A stretch of 47,834 nucleotides of DNA from Perkinsus chesapeaki ATCC PRA-425 (Eukaryota > Protista > Perkinsozoa). The stretch spans positions 1 to 47,834 of the forward strand of contig JAAPAO010000245.1 in assembly GCA_013115145.1 (NCBI GenBank), in the 5' to 3' direction. Each line of letters opens with the position of its first letter. The first letter of the stretch is position 1. The notes beneath the pieces are model-generated. The model was not told where the DNA came from. It was given only the letters and a program-made list of their open reading frames with translations, and did no database searches. Shown one piece after another: positions 47,269 through 47,834 of the stretch. Position numbers and translations under genes: made by a program.

Positions 47269-47834
47269 ATGGACCAGCTAATACCTGTTATAAACAGACT
47301 TCAGGACCTCCTCTCCACAGTGGGCCTGCATGTCACCTTAGATCTCCCGCAGCTCGCAGTTGTCGGTTGCCAGAGCGTCGGCAAGACCAGTGTAAGGCAA
47401 GGTGCCCATCTCGCCTGCACGGTACCGTGGTCAGGTCCTGGAGGCTCTGGTAGGGCGAGACTTTCTCCCTCGTGGCACCGGTATTGTAACCCGGCGACCA
47501 CTCATATTGCAGCTACGTAACACAACCAAGGACCAAGTTGTTGGCCCTACCATTAAAGGAGGTTGCTGGACAACTGGTGTTGGTGAAGAGCAATCCTTGG
47601 CACTTTAGGGACGGCTGGCGATAAGACCGCTAAGGAGTGGGGAGAGTTTAGCCACTGTCCCGATAAAAAGTAAGTCTGAGCCCGCGGAAACCTGATCGGG
47701 AATACTTTCACTATGACGGTTTGATGATTAATGAAACTTATAACCAAACACCGTCTATCTAACGAAGGATGTAAGATAATAACAGCTACAATAATAACGT
47801 AATCACTTATATGAATGAGTAATACTGAAGCTAC
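47269..47834 (+). CDS. Dynamin-related GTPase (DRP1/Vps1/DrpA type), 5' part truncated by the window end
   Basis: [15 protein letters not shown]…[19 protein letters not shown]|[26 protein letters not shown]…EWGEFSH, i.e. the dynamin G1/G2 region. Confidence 0.92.

Noticed and set aside
554-47747. The many 60-140 aa ORFs in the supplied track that overlap or run antisense to the called genes
   Set aside because: They are shadow frames or exon-plus-intron read-throughs of the reconstructed spliced genes.

Overview
Eukaryotic, gene-dense and intron-rich genomic DNA, not prokaryotic. Most introns are short (about 35-60 nt) GT-AG introns, which is why the six-frame ORF track shows mostly exon fragments. 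The gene style and content suggest a myzozoan alveolate, most likely Perkinsus (inference). By splicing exons manually I reconstruct about 14 protein-coding genes in three unidirectional blocks. The + block (0.4-3.2 kb) has two intronless paralogues encoding secreted, GPI-anchored, Cys-rich proteins of unknown family. The - block (3.9-31.4 kb) has an AP endonuclease, a PARN/CAF1 deadenylase with a mitochondrial-type presequence, a JmjC/cupin oxygenase, an 87-aa single-TM microprotein, a fused ATP sulfurylase-APS kinase with a signal-peptide-like leader, an RWD/UBC-like + RING-H2 protein, a large WD40/coiled-coil EDC4-like protein and an amino-acid transporter. The second + block (31.8 kb to the end) has an EF-hand/TM class III nucleotide cyclase, a CK1-family kinase, a tandem CCCH zinc-finger protein and the 5' part of a dynamin-related protein. 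Non-coding structure: a perfect 119-bp intronic inverted repeat and an inverted pair of related 19-bp minisatellites inside the cyclase gene, plus several long introns with A/T tracts phased at about 10-11 bp. No rRNA, tRNA, CRISPR array or intact transposon is supported. For multi-exon genes the coordinates are gene spans, and some ends are approximate.
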